Source: Malacoraja senta
Lineage: Eukaryota
Assembly: GCA_038087875.1 (NCBI GenBank)
Contig: CM075981.1
Location: forward strand, 47,368,001-47,432,000
Reading direction: 5' to 3'
Length of the DNA stretch: 64,000 bases
The notes beneath the pieces are model-generated. The model saw nothing but the letters and a program-made list of their open reading frames with translations. It was not told the origin of the DNA and did not search any database. The position numbers were made by a program, and so were the translations under genes. Position 1 is the stretch's first letter. The number at the start of each line of letters is the position of its first letter. Positions 38,061 to 50,083 of this stretch are shown here, in pieces.

Positions 38061-39671
38061 TATATATATATTCCAAAAGTTAATTATAATGGTAATTATT
38101 GTTTGATTAAGGCTGAGTATTTTAATTGTTTTTTGCAACCCAATTATTAGTCGACAAACAAAAAGTGAAGTTCAAGTAGGTTACCACTGATGGACAGCAA
38201 AGTTCCATGTCAAACTTCAGTGTCTCTAAAAGCTATAAATGATTCTGCATTTGCATCAGGAACACCATAGTCTGCAGAAGAGCAGGATAAGTGATGACAT
38301 CTTGGAGTATTTAACTAAGATAAGCAGGATACGGAAATTGTTATCAATCTTACGCAATAATAATACTGATAATTCAGGCAATGGAACTAAATAAAGATAG
38401 TGACATTTTTCAACCCAAATGAACCTAACTGAAATAACTTGAGAGTTTTTTCTAAAGTAGTCAAATGATGTATTCATTCAGGTTTCAGAATCTTTGCCTC
38501 TTTGCAAAGTTAGTTTATTTGAGACAACACTAGATGGTCCTGCCTCTGTTCAATTTTGTAGTTTTAGTTCCAGTAAATGGTCCATATAAAATTTACATGA
38601 AAGACACATCCTGCCACCTGCTTTTCCTCTGCACTCCATTTCCCAGAATTTCGTGATGTGTTCTGAATGGCGACAAGTCCTGAAGTGATATGATGCAGAC
38701 AACTAATACCATCTGAGAATGTTTTTAAATTTACATTTTTGAGATTATACAGGTACTAATCCAATTTCCCAACAACACATAGACATTATACCATGGCATT
38801 TTAAATAAATCTTTAATGTTGTGAAATTGTTTGCACCACGCCCATAGACATGAGTATCAGGTTTAAAATACCTTCTTGGGGGGGGGAGAAGGGAAACTCT
38901 TCCTTGTGTCCCATCTCGGTTTCCTACCACTAATTTTATACCTATGCCCTTTGATTGTAAACATTCCTGCTAAAGGGGGAAAAAATCCATTATATGGCCC
39001 TATCTATGTCCTTCAAACTTTTGTGCACCTCAATCAGGTCTCTGTTGCCCTTCTCTGCGAGGAAATAAACCTGCTTAGCTGCTTTCTTCATTGTTCAAGT
39101 ACTGTATCCAATGCAAATTTTGATAAATCATCTCTGTACAGTTTCCACAGCAATCAATCTATTTTTAAAAAAAATTTTAGTGATATAAAACAATAATAAG
39201 TAAAAACACTAGAAAGTTAAAAAAAAAAACACTGCTGCAAAGTAGTATGTTTTAGAGTAACTTTCAATTACTTTTAGAATAATCATTTTAGTTTATTTTC
39301 CCCATTGATATCCAATCTTTATGTTGTGTACAATAATAATGTGATTTATTGGAACTGTTCTGTCGTGAGTGCAAATTTTTCAGATCAACCCAATTATTGC
39401 CACCTGCTCAGTTCCTTTACACTAAGTTTCCTACTTATATTTCCACACATTGAGCTAAATGCAGAAATCTAAACACTAATCCTGTAAACTCCAAGTCCTG
39501 GGCTTCTGTAATTGACAGCACTTATGAAATTCATAACTTTTTAAAACAGAAATATCTGACAAGATTCTAAATAAAAGGTTTTTTTTAGAAGACTGATGTA
39601 TTGTTTATGAGAAGATGGGGATAGGCAGTATACTGCAACTTAATCTTGTTGTTTTTTCCCCTTGCATTTAG

Positions 39672-39740
39672 CTTGGTCTCCCCATTTCCTGTATGTGTCG
39701 TGTGCCTTGTAACACCATGTTTGGATCTCAGCATCAAATG
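39672..39740 (+). CDS. PDXDC1: PDXDC1 exon 7 (LGLPISCMCRVPCNTMFGSQHQM)
   Basis: tttAG acceptor, GTAAGT donor, 69 nt. Matches human LGLPFPCLCRVPCNTVFGSQHQM. Confidence 0.96.
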
Positions 39741-39769
39741 GTAAGTTTTTGATTTGATATAAATTGGGA

Positions 39770-40613
39770 AGTGGAGAAGGAAGGCAGATTATTATCTGAA
39801 TGGTGTCAGATTAGGAAAAGGGGAGGTGCAACGAGACCTGTGTGTCCTTGTACATCAGTCACTGAAAGTAAGCATGCAGGTGCAGCAGGCAGTGAAGAAA
39901 GCAAATGGCATGTTGGCCTTCATAGTGAGAGGATTTGATTATAGGAGCAAGGAGGTCCTACTGCAGTTGTACAGGGCTCTGGTGAGACCACACCTGGAAT
40001 ATTGTGTGCAGTTTAGGTCTAATTTGAGGAAGGACATTCTTGCTATTGAGGGAGTGCAGCTTAGGTTCACCAGGTTAATTCCCGGGATGGCGGGACTGAC
40101 ATATGATGAAAGAATGGGTTGACTGGGCTTGTATTCACTGGAATTTAGAAGGATGGGAGGTGATCTTTAGAAACACTTAAAATTCTTAAGGGATTGGACA
40201 GGCTAGATGCAGGAGAAAAAAATTCTGATGTTGGTGTCCAGAACCAGGGTTCATAGCTTAAAATAACGGATAGGCCATTTAGGACTGAGATGAAGAAAAA
40301 ATGTTTTCATCCAGAGAGTTGTGAATCTGTGGATTCTCTGCCACAGAAGGCCGTGTAGGCCAATACACTGGATATTTTCAAGAGAGAGTTAGATTTAGCT
40401 CTTAGGGCTAACAGAATCAAGGGATATGGGTAAAAGCAGGAATGGAAAATTATTTTGGATGATCAGCCATGATCATATTGAATGGCGCTGCTGGGCCAAA
40501 TGGCCTAATCCTGCAGAAGGGTTTCAGCCCGAAACGTTGCCTATTTCCTTCGCTCCATAGATGCTGCTGCACCCGCTGAGTTTCTCCAGCATTTTTGTGT
40601 ACCTGCACCTATT
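39770..40613 (+). mobile_element. CR1 LINE 3' portion
   Basis: QVQQAVKKANGMLAFI and LVRPHLEYCVQF motifs. The 3' tail is interrupted by a Penelope-derived element. Confidence 0.93.
40516..40601 (+). mobile_element. Penelope-derived short element, TSD CCTGCA, hammerhead-like core
   Basis: CTGCAGA A GGGTTTCAGCCC GAAAC GTT. CCTGCA occurs at 40510-40515 and 40602-40607. Confidence 0.75.
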
Positions 40614-40777
40614 AAGTCCATTAAAGTATCGCCTAACCCGAATGGTTGAGATACTTGTGCACCGTCTGGGAGCAGCTGAATTGCTAATCACATACCTTTC
40701 TTTGGTATTGATTGCGAAGTGGATATGTAAACTCAATTTGTTCTACTTTAGTGATTTTATTATTTATTGCTTAACAG

Positions 40778-40856
40778 GATATAGCTCTACTGGAAAGGCT
40801 GATTAAAGATGATATTGAATGTGGAAAGCTTCCTCTCCTACTTGTGGCAAATGCAG
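40778..40856 (+). CDS. PDXDC1: PDXDC1 exon 8 (DIALLERLIKDDIECGKLPLLLVANAG)
   Basis: aacAG acceptor, GTATGT donor, 79 nt. Confidence 0.96.
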
Positions 40857-42439
40857 GTATGTTGTAAGAACCGCTCAAAGAAAATAATGTAGTCATTGCT
40901 GCCTTAATTACTTGTGCTTCCAAGTGATATGCAAACAAGAGCGGAAGATGCTGACAACTGAAGCAAAAAAAAACAGTTAGAGGAACTCTACATTTGTCAA
41001 GTGCAATTTGGTGTGGGAGGTGCGGGCAAGGGATCGCTTCCAAAAATGAAGAATTCAATGTGAATTAAGGGAGAATGGTAGGAATGGTACTTTCAGTATC
41101 TTTCTTTTCCCAAATTTGGAGCACTTTTATTGCCATCAAGGTAAGTTAGCTGATTAGACAAGCCCCAGCTTTCCATGTGCCACTCATCTCCTTATATCCC
41201 TGCCCAATGTATCCTTTACTCTCATCTTCAAGTATAGGAAATAAAGTATTTGTCAATAAAATACATCCTTTAGTTATCTGTTGCTCTGCAGGTTTGTCTG
41301 CAACCTTAGCCTGTTCCCATATCTCTTTCACTTTCTCCCCTTTCCATGCTCAGTTTGAAAATTATACCCAACTCCACAATTGATTACATCCCCATTGGCT
41401 CTTTATAAATAGTATGAATTGTCCGCTATCTTGCAAAATTGTCAGTCCCTTTCATAATTGCACCATTGAATCCTTGATCCCTCCATCTCCAATTTCCTCT
41501 TTTCCTTGAGTCTTTGCACATATTCTCACAACTCCACCTGGGATTATTTAATTCTGTACTAACAACTCATTGAGATCCATAAATATCCTTTGTGAAAGAT
41601 TAACTACACCATCCTCCTGCACTATCTGTGTATCTTCGTCCAGTAGACTGGGATGACTTGGTTCCACTCTTACTCATTTAATTACATTGTTATTCATCAC
41701 TCGCCCTCAAGTATGACCATGACATCTAGTCAACAGTGTTATAATGTAAATGGAGATGGATGATTAGACAGTATGAGCTCGAACTCCTTTCACACAGGTG
41801 GCAGAGGTGAGGAATGCTGTAGCATCTGTGGAATCTTGACATTTGAGATCCTCTTTGCTGCGTCCATCCAAGCTTTTTCATTCAATCATAGACAACTGAT
41901 GTTCAACAATGGTGCAGAGGAAATCATTACTTTTTAATTTATTCATAAGATCCAGAATTTATTGCCCAGGTCTAATTACATCAAAAGTGAATGACTTGCT
42001 AGTTAATATCAAAGGGTAGTGGGCAATTAAGACTTGAGCACATGCAAGGTCGGGAGTTAATAGAGACCAATAGAATTAGCATGGAAACATGCCCTTGTTC
42101 CCGTTGATTCCATGCTATCCATCAAGAGCCCATTTATGTAATTCCAGCACTAATGCCATTTTATTCTTGTAACATTCCCATCAATTCCAGTACCCCCTCC
42201 CCCCTATATTTTACCGCTAGTCTACAGACTTGTGCAAATTGTCTGCACATTGCTGAAAAAAATCTCTGATCAGGTGGGCAGACTATGTTAAAAGAATGTC
42301 TGATGACAGAATGCTCTGCCTCTTGCTGCCTACACCATATTTTGTTTTCATGCCCTATCTTTAAGATTGTCCTTGTATCTACGTACCATTCCCTATACCA
42401 TCTGTGATTTAACTTTGGGTAATTCCTTGTAATGACCCA

Positions 42440-42680
42440 ATGGCGGTCGGAAGGGAGAGTGTACGCTGGCGCGGTTTGGCTGCCGCTGCTCTCCCTTCAC
42501 ATTGTGTTTTTGAATTTTGTTGTCTTTTTTGGATCGAATTACTGTCTTTAATTTATGTACTGGTGATGTCTTTATAACTTATTTTTACTCTGATTATATG
42601 TTTCTTTGTTAAATTTTGTAAGGTGTCCTTGAGACTTTTGTATAGGCGCCCTTAAATAAAATCTATTATTATTATTATTA
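42440..42680 (+). mobile_element. Short element with an L2-type 3' tail (SINE or non-autonomous LINE)
   Basis: GTAAGGTGTCCTTGAG..AGGCGCC..AAATAAA followed by (TAT)n. Confidence 0.55.
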
Positions 42681-43036
42681 ATGAGAATAATGCGTTAAGT
42701 TTATGTCACACCCTTGAGGGTGCTGATAAGTTGATCTTCTGGCACATGATGTTGTACATGACTAGAGTGCTTAGTTGGTACTTATTCACTGCCGGGTATG
42801 TAGGCACCATAGATAGCACTGATGGTTATCAGCTCTGGAATCTAGAATTGAGGAATAGAGTGTCTTTGTTTAAACATGGTTCACAAGCACGATAGCCTAT
42901 TCAAACAGCAAGGCTTTGTACTGAATTTTAAATTAGAACCTTCACTGTGATCAGATCTGCAGAAGGTGCTAATGGGGAACAATTTGATATGGTATTTAAA
43001 ATAAAACATGCAGACTTTTTAAAAACTTTATTTTAG

Positions 43037-43121
43037 GCACACCAGGTGCAGGACACACGGATAAACTTCTACGCTTGAAGGAACTCTGCAGTCAGTACAA
43101 GATGTGGCTGCATGCAGAAGG
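43037..43121 (+). CDS. PDXDC1: PDXDC1 exon 9 (GTPGAGHTDKLLRLKELCSQYKMWLHAEG)
   Basis: tttAG acceptor, GTAAGC donor, 85 nt. Contains the group II decarboxylase GT..G..D and WLH region. Confidence 0.96.
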
Positions 43122-43789
43122 GTAAGCATAAGTACCTCTGCCAAGTTAAATGTGACGTCTTTAAATTATTTTCTTGTTCCATGAAAACACTACACATTAT
43201 AATAGCTTGTAGGTAGGAAATTACTGAAATGGTTGGTGAATTATGTCCCATCCCAAGCAAACTGGTGTGGAACTACTGTATCTCTGGATTAAATGGGGAA
43301 AGAATAGGCAAATCTGCACTGAGATTAGTATTCTAACAAGTATCCATTTGTTATTGATGTGATTGTAAAAAGGTAAAGGCACAGAATAAAGCCTTTTTGG
43401 AAGTCCACATACACTACATCAATCAGATTGCTGTCATTACCCTGTGTTATCTGATCAAAAACAGATTGGCCTGGGTTAAATAACGTTTATCTTCTCAAGT
43501 ATGTATAGTGATCTTCTCATCCCAAAATACATTCTCATTCCCTCCCGCTCCTGTCAATGTATAATATTATTACTCTATTATGATCCCATTATTTTTGAAA
43601 GCCATAATTGAATCTGATTCTAATCAACTTGTCAGCCAATGTCTTCCTGATGCCAACCACTTGTAATGCAAAATAAAACATTTCCTCATGCTGCCATTGT
43701 TTTTTTTATCACCCACCTTAAATCCTTGTGTTCTGATTCCTGGTCCTTTGACCAATGGAAATATTTCTAATTATCTTTTCCATGTACGA

Positions 43790-44345
43790 GGATCTTAGGA
43801 TCTTGACCAGCTGGGCAGGGTGGCTGAGGAATGGTTAATGGAATGTTATGTGTGAGGTGTTGCATTTTGGGAGCACTAACATGGGCAGAACTTGCACAGT
43901 GAAAGCTAGTGTTGTAGAGCAGAGGATTGGGAGTACTAGTACATTGTTCATTGAAAGGGGCAGCACAGGTAGATAGGGTGGTCAAAAAGGCTTTGTGCTT
44001 TATCGAAGTTGAGATGTCATGTTGCAGTTGTTTAAGACGTTGGTGAGGCCACATTTAGACGATTGTGTTCAGTTTTGGGCACAATGTTATAGGAAAGATG
44101 TCAAGCTGGAAAGGGTGCGGAGAAGATTAACGAGAATGTCTGAGCTATGGGGAGAGGTTGAGCAGGCAGGTACTCTTCCTTGGAGCGCAGGAGGATGAGG
44201 GTTAATCGTATAGGTGTACAAAATCATGAGGAATTAGATCAGGTGGACGCAGAGTCTCTTGGACTAAGTTTCCCTTAGGGAATCGAGAACCAGAGGACAT
44301 TGGTTTAAGATGAGGGGTAAATTTAATGGGAACCTGAGGTGTAAC
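43790..44345 (+). mobile_element. Old CR1 3' fragment
   Basis: CEVLHFG, QVDRVVKKA, LVRPHL and RTRGH remnants. Confidence 0.8.
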
Positions 44346-44384
44346 TATTTTAGTCAAATTGATACATGGGTACATGGTTAGGAC

Positions 44385-46105
44385 AGGTCATATGTGATAG
44401 GAGCCGAATTAGATCATGCGGCCCATCAAGTCTACTCCGCCATTCAATCATGGCGGATCTATCTCCCCTCCTAACCCCCATTCTCATGCCTTCTCCCCAT
44501 AACCGTATTAATCAAGAATCTATCTTTTCAAGAATCTATTCCACCGAGTAGCCTCGCCAACAGTCTGTCTGTCTTTTCGTCTTTTTTGTTATTTTGAATG
44601 TGTTTTAAAAGTTTGTGTTAATGTTCTCTGGTTTGTTTTATGTGGGGGGTGGGCGGGGGAAACTTTTTTTCAATCTCTTACCTTGCCGGAGATGCAATTG
44701 TTTTCCGGATCGTATCTCCGGACGCTCTGCGGCCTAATATCATGGAGCTGGCAACCTTGCTGGGGATTGACGTTGAGCCCCACCGCGTGGACGTGGACTT
44801 GCCATCGGAGCCTGCGATCCCTTGCCTGGGGTCGACGCTCTAACCATGGCCTGCGGATTTCATTATCGAGGAGCTCGCAGTCTCAGGTAGAGACTGATAT
44901 CGGGAGCTTCAAACGACGCAGAAGGTTTCGAACAGCCCTGACGGGTCCGATGGCCCGGCGCAGGGGAGCTGATTGCTGGCTACGGGAGCCAAGATCGCCC
45001 CATCAACAGAAGGCTCCAGGCTCCTGACCATGGGAGAACAAAAAAGGGAAGAGTTTGAACTTTTTTTCCGCCTTCCATCACAGTGAGGAATTTGGAGGAG
45101 TCACTGTGGTGGATGTTCATGTTAAAATGTATTTTGTGCGTTTTGCTTTTTATTGGTATGACTGTATGGTAAATGAAATTCCTTGTAGCAAAACATGGCT
45201 AATAAAGTATGATTATGATTATGTTCTATCTCTGCTTAAAAAGATCCATTGACTTGGCCTCCACAGGCTTATGTGGCAAAGAATTCCACAGGTTTACCAC
45301 CCTCTGACTAAAGAAATTCCTCCTCAACTTCTTCCTAAAGAAATTACCTTTTCTTCTGAGGCTATGACCTCTAGTCCTAGACTCCCACAAATGGAAACAT
45401 CCTCTTCACATCCACTCTATCCAAGCCTTTGACTATTCGATACGTTTTAATGAGGTCCCCCCTCATTCTTCTAAACTCCAGCGAGTACAGGCCAAGTGCC
45501 ATCAAAAGGTCATCATATTTTAACCCACTCATTCCTGGGATCATCCTTGTAAACCTCCTCTGGACCCTATCCAGAGCCAGCAACTCAGATACGGTGCCCA
45601 AAATTGCTCACAATACTCCAAATGCGGCATGACCAGCGCCTTTTAAAACCTCAGCATTACATCCCTGTTTTTGTATTCCAGCCCTCTTAAAATTAATGCT
45701 GGCATTGCGTTTGCCTTCTTTACTACTGATTCGACTCGCTGATTAACTTTTTGGGAATCCTGCACCAGCCACTCCACAGTTCCTTTGTACCTCTAATTTC
45801 TGAATTCGCTCCCCATTTAGAAAATAGTCTACGCCTTTATTCCTACTACCAAAATGCATGACTCCACTATATTCCATCTGCCACTTCTCTGCCCACTCTC
45901 CCAGCCTGTCCAAGTCCTTTTGCAGAGTCCCTGCTTTCTCTACACTACCTGCCCCTCCAGCTATTTTCGTATCATTTGCAAACTTGGCCACAAAGCATTC
46001 AATCCCCTAATCCAAATCATTAATATACAACATGAAGAGTAGCGGCCCCAGCACCGACCCCTGCAGAACTCCGCTAGTCACTGGCAGCCGACCAGAAAAA
46101 AAAAC
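44385..46105 (-). mobile_element. CR1 LINE 3' portion, split by an unclassified ~690-bp insertion (44530-45222)
   Basis: Minus ORFs AKFANDTK, LQKDLDRL and LYSLEFRRMRGDLI. The 3' tail lies at 44385-44525. Confidence 0.88.
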
Positions 46106-46149
46106 CCTTTAGAGAGATATGGGCCAAATGCAGGCAGGTGGGACTTGTG

Positions 46150-48439
46150 CAGGGCTCTCGCGTAACATTTTTTCCCTGTTGCCAGCCGGGCAACCTTGGC
46201 AGCTTTTTAGGTTGCCAAATGACAGTTTAGGTGGTCATTTAAGACGGCTTGCATGACGCATGCAATAATGTGCTCGGACGAAGTGCGTAGTTACCAGTCG
46301 GAATTATACTCAATGAAGCATTCACATATTATTTCTGCTTCAAATAAAGTCACAAACTAAACATATTCACCGATCAAGACATGATATATCCCACAATGAC
46401 ATGCAGCAAAATTTATAAGACAGTATCTCAACTCTTTTTACACGTTGCAATTAATGCAATTTCTATTAGTTCTTTCCACTTCCAAACAACAATGTGGTTG
46501 AATTATTCAGCGTATGATCAACCTGTGTCAATAAATCATGGACCATGGTAACATATATGCTTATGTATAGTTGTGAATGTTGCTCATTAAATAACTACAG
46601 TACTGATACTCCATATTAAGAGCATTGATTTGCCGTTAAAATGAATTCTGTAATAACGTGTCAACGGCAGCAGTGACAATCGAACACTGCGGTTTTAATG
46701 TTTCACGTCTTCACAATTTAATTAATCCATCTTTATGTATTAAAACAAATAATAACATTGGGAATTAAAACACATTTGATTGCATTCCGTTATCAAACAT
46801 AGTCAAAGTTCGCTCTGAAGACATTTCCAGCACAATAGGGTCCGGGAGGGGGGGGTGTGTGAATCAGTGCGGGGTGGATAGATGGCGGGGGTGGGGGGGG
46901 GTTAGAAGGCAGTCGGTGCAGAATGGATGGATTGAGGCAGGTGAATTAGTACGTGTTGGTTGGAGTAGGTAAAATTGTGAGGGGAGAGCACCGGGGATGT
47001 CAGTGGTGTTGAATGGGGGGGTTCAGTACGGGATGGATGGGGGTAGACAAAAGTGCTGGAGAAACTCAGCGGGTGAGGCAGCGTTTATGGAGTGAAGGAA
47101 ATAGACAACGTTTCGGTTCGAGACCCTTCTTCAGACTGTTCCCCCATTCATCTTGAATGGGAGGATCAGTACAGGATGGATTGGGGGGGGGGGGGGAGAT
47201 CAGCGTAGGATGCATTGGGGGGGGGGGTCAGTACAGTGTGGATCGGAGGGTCTGTGCAGGATGATTGGGAGATCACTACAGGATGAATGAGGGGAAGGGG
47301 GGAAGGTGCAGGTGCAGGGTAAATGGAGGGTGGGTCAGTATGGGATGAATGCATGGATTACTACAAGATGGATGGGGGATCAGTACAGGATGGATGGAGG
47401 AGAAGTGGAGGATGGATGGGAAAGGGGTAAGTACAGGGTGAATTGGGGAACCAGTGTAGGATGGATGGGGGGGGGAGGTGGCAGGAGAATCAATGCGAGG
47501 TGGATAGGGTGATCAGCGCAGGATGAATAGATGGGGGGGTTAGATGGGGAGGGGAGCACAGGGGATGTCAGTGAGGACTGAATAGAGGCGGGAATGGGGA
47601 TCAGTGCAGGATGGAGTGGAGGGGTCCCAGGATAAGGGGGTGGAGGGGGCGTACAAGAGAGGGAGAGAGAGAGGGAGAGGGGGGCGAGGTGGGGAGGAAG
47701 GAAGGTCAGCGCTCCTCGGACAACATCGCCCCGCTGCCTTGGCCGTTGGGAACTCCTCGCCACCGCCTCCCTCCTCCGCCAGCCAACAGCAAGGTGCGGG
47801 GCCGGGCGGTGCAGCTCAGAGATCCTATAGCTATAAGATCTTTGGTGCAGCTGCTTCAGAAGGGTTGGAGCGAATGATGGGCTTCGCACAGCGGCAGCAG
47901 CGGCCGCGATAGCGGCTCCTTCTCCTCCTGCCCCGATAAGGGCCTCTGCTTGCAAACCGGCTAACAGCGATAACCGCTTTCAAAACAAACCCTCCCGCAC
48001 GCCGAGGCCTCCCCCTCCCTCCCTCCTCCCAGCCTCGGAGTGCGGGAGGGTTTGTTTCGAAAGCGGTTATCGCTGTTAGCGGGTTTGCAAGCAGAGGACC
48101 TTATCAGGGTGGGCGGGGTGCGGGAGGAGGAGGAGATGGAGCCGCTATCGCGGATGCTGCTGCCGCTGTGTGAAGCCCGTCATTCGCTCCAACCCTTCCT
48201 CACCCTGCACCTAGTATCTTTGCCCCACAATACAGCCGTCACCGCCAACACAAAACATCGCGTTCCTTTTCTCCAGAGATGCTGCCTGACCCGCGGAGTT
48301 ACTCCAGTTTTTTGTGTCTATCTTCGGTACAAACCAGTATCTGGTTGCCAAGCCGGGCAAAATGACTCGGTGTTTAGGTTGCCCAGCAGCGCTTTGAGTG
48401 GTCAGTGGCACCCGGGCAACCTCTAATTTTTGAGCCCTG
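46150..48439. mobile_element. Non-autonomous hAT-like DNA transposon, 6-bp TSD
   Basis: TIR CAGGGCTC/GAGCCCTG and subterminal GGTTGCC/GGCAACC repeats at both ends. CTTGTG occurs at 46144-46149 and 48440-48445. The element splits a CR1 3' tail. Confidence 0.8.
47107..47138 (-). ncRNA. Minimal hammerhead ribozyme motif (Penelope-type, dimer-dependent) within element 47043-47138
   Basis: Minus strand reads CAGU CUGAAGA A GGGUCUCGAACC GAAA CG UU: intact CUGANGA and GAAA boxes, stem II with one mismatch, palindromic AACGUU stem III. Stem I is weak. Confidence 0.65.
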
Positions 48440-49177
48440 CTTGTGTAGATGGGACATGATGGCCGGTGCAGGCAGGTTGGGCTGAAGAGGCTGTTTCCAC
48501 ACTGTATGACTATGACTCTACTACCACATGTTTTCCCCAATATCTCACACATCTTCACTCAATCTTTCCTCTCGAATGAGCTCAATCTCATTTATCACAA
48601 GGTTTGAGTTTCTCATCATCCTTCATAATATATATATATTACATTATCCTCAATAATAATGAAAACAGGATCAAATATAATTGAAAGTTTTGAAATTGCT
48701 CTCGACATGGAGTCTCAGCAATAAATCAAGGAATACAACAATATCAGTCTGGAGGAGAAACTGTTCCCTTGGGCTCCATTTTCTGTCACTAAACCAATTT
48801 CTTCATGCTGATAATCTCCCTTTTTAGGGTAATAGAATCAAAAAGCACGGCAACAGGCCCTTTGGCCCAACTTGCCCAAGACGACCAAGCTGACCCATCT
48901 ATACTAGTCCCACATGCCCATATCCGTCTAAATCTTTCCTGTTCATGTACCTTTCCAAAGGTCTTTAAAATGTTATTATAGTATCTGTCTCAACTATGAT
49001 GTCCACAATATCTCCTCTTTATTGTCATCTGCAAACTTCCCAACCCTACCATGTACATTCCCATTCAAATCATTGATATAAACCACAAACAACAATGGGC
49101 CCAGCACCAATCCTTAGGCACAGGCACACCACTAGTCATAGTCCTCCAGTCTGAAAAGCAACCTTCCACCATCATGT

Positions 49178-49817
49178 CATAGCAAAAGGATTTGAGTATA
49201 AGAGCAGGGAGGTTCTACTGCAGTTGTACAGGGTCTTGGTGAGACCACACCTGGAGTATTGCGTACAGTTTTGGTCTCCTAATCAGAGGAAAGACATTCT
49301 TGCCATAGAGGGAGTACAGAGAAGGTTCACCAGACTGTTTCCTGGGATGGCAGGACTTTCATATGAAGAAAGACTGGATAGACTCGGCTTATACACGCTA
49401 GAATTTAGAAGATTGAGGGGGGATCTTATAGAAACCTACAAAATTCTTAAGGGGTTGGACAGGCTAGATGCAGGAAGATTATTCCCGATGTTGGGGAAGT
49501 CCAGAACTAGGGGGTCACAGTTTAAGGATAAGAGGGAAGTCTTTTAGGACCGAGATGAGAAAACCATTTTTTACACAGAGAGTGGTGAATCTGTGGAATT
49601 CTCTGCCACAGAAGGTAGTTGAGGCCAGTTCATTGGCTATATTTAAGAGGGAGTTAGATGTGGCCATTGTGGCTAAAGGGATCAGGGGGTATGGAGAGAA
49701 GGCAGGGATGGGATACTGAGTTGGATGATCAGCCATGATCATATCGAATGGCGGTGCAGGCTCGAAGGGCCGAATGGCCTACTCCTGCACCTATTTTCTA
49801 TGTTTCTATGTTTCTAT
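49178..49817 (+). mobile_element. Young CR1 3' portion
   Basis: LVRPHLEYCVQFWSP..GYGEKAG followed by a (GTTTCTAT)n tail. Confidence 0.95.
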
Positions 49818-50083
49818 TCTCTGCTTCCTTCTGTGAAGCCAATTTTCTATCCAGTCGGCTAGCTCTTCCAGGATCCCATGCAATCTAACCTTCCACAGCA
49901 GCCTACCATGTGCAACCTTATCAAACCCCCTGGCTGAAATCCATATAGGCCACAACTATAGCCTTGTCCTCATCAACTTTTTGGTTACATCTTTAAAAAA
50001 TTCAGATTTCTGAGACACAATCTCCCACATATAAATCCATGCTGACAATCCATAATCAGTCTCTGTCTATTTAAGTACATATA

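Noticed and set aside
41130-41730. Possible very old Penelope RT remnant
   Set aside because: Only faint motif echoes, too degraded to support by eye.
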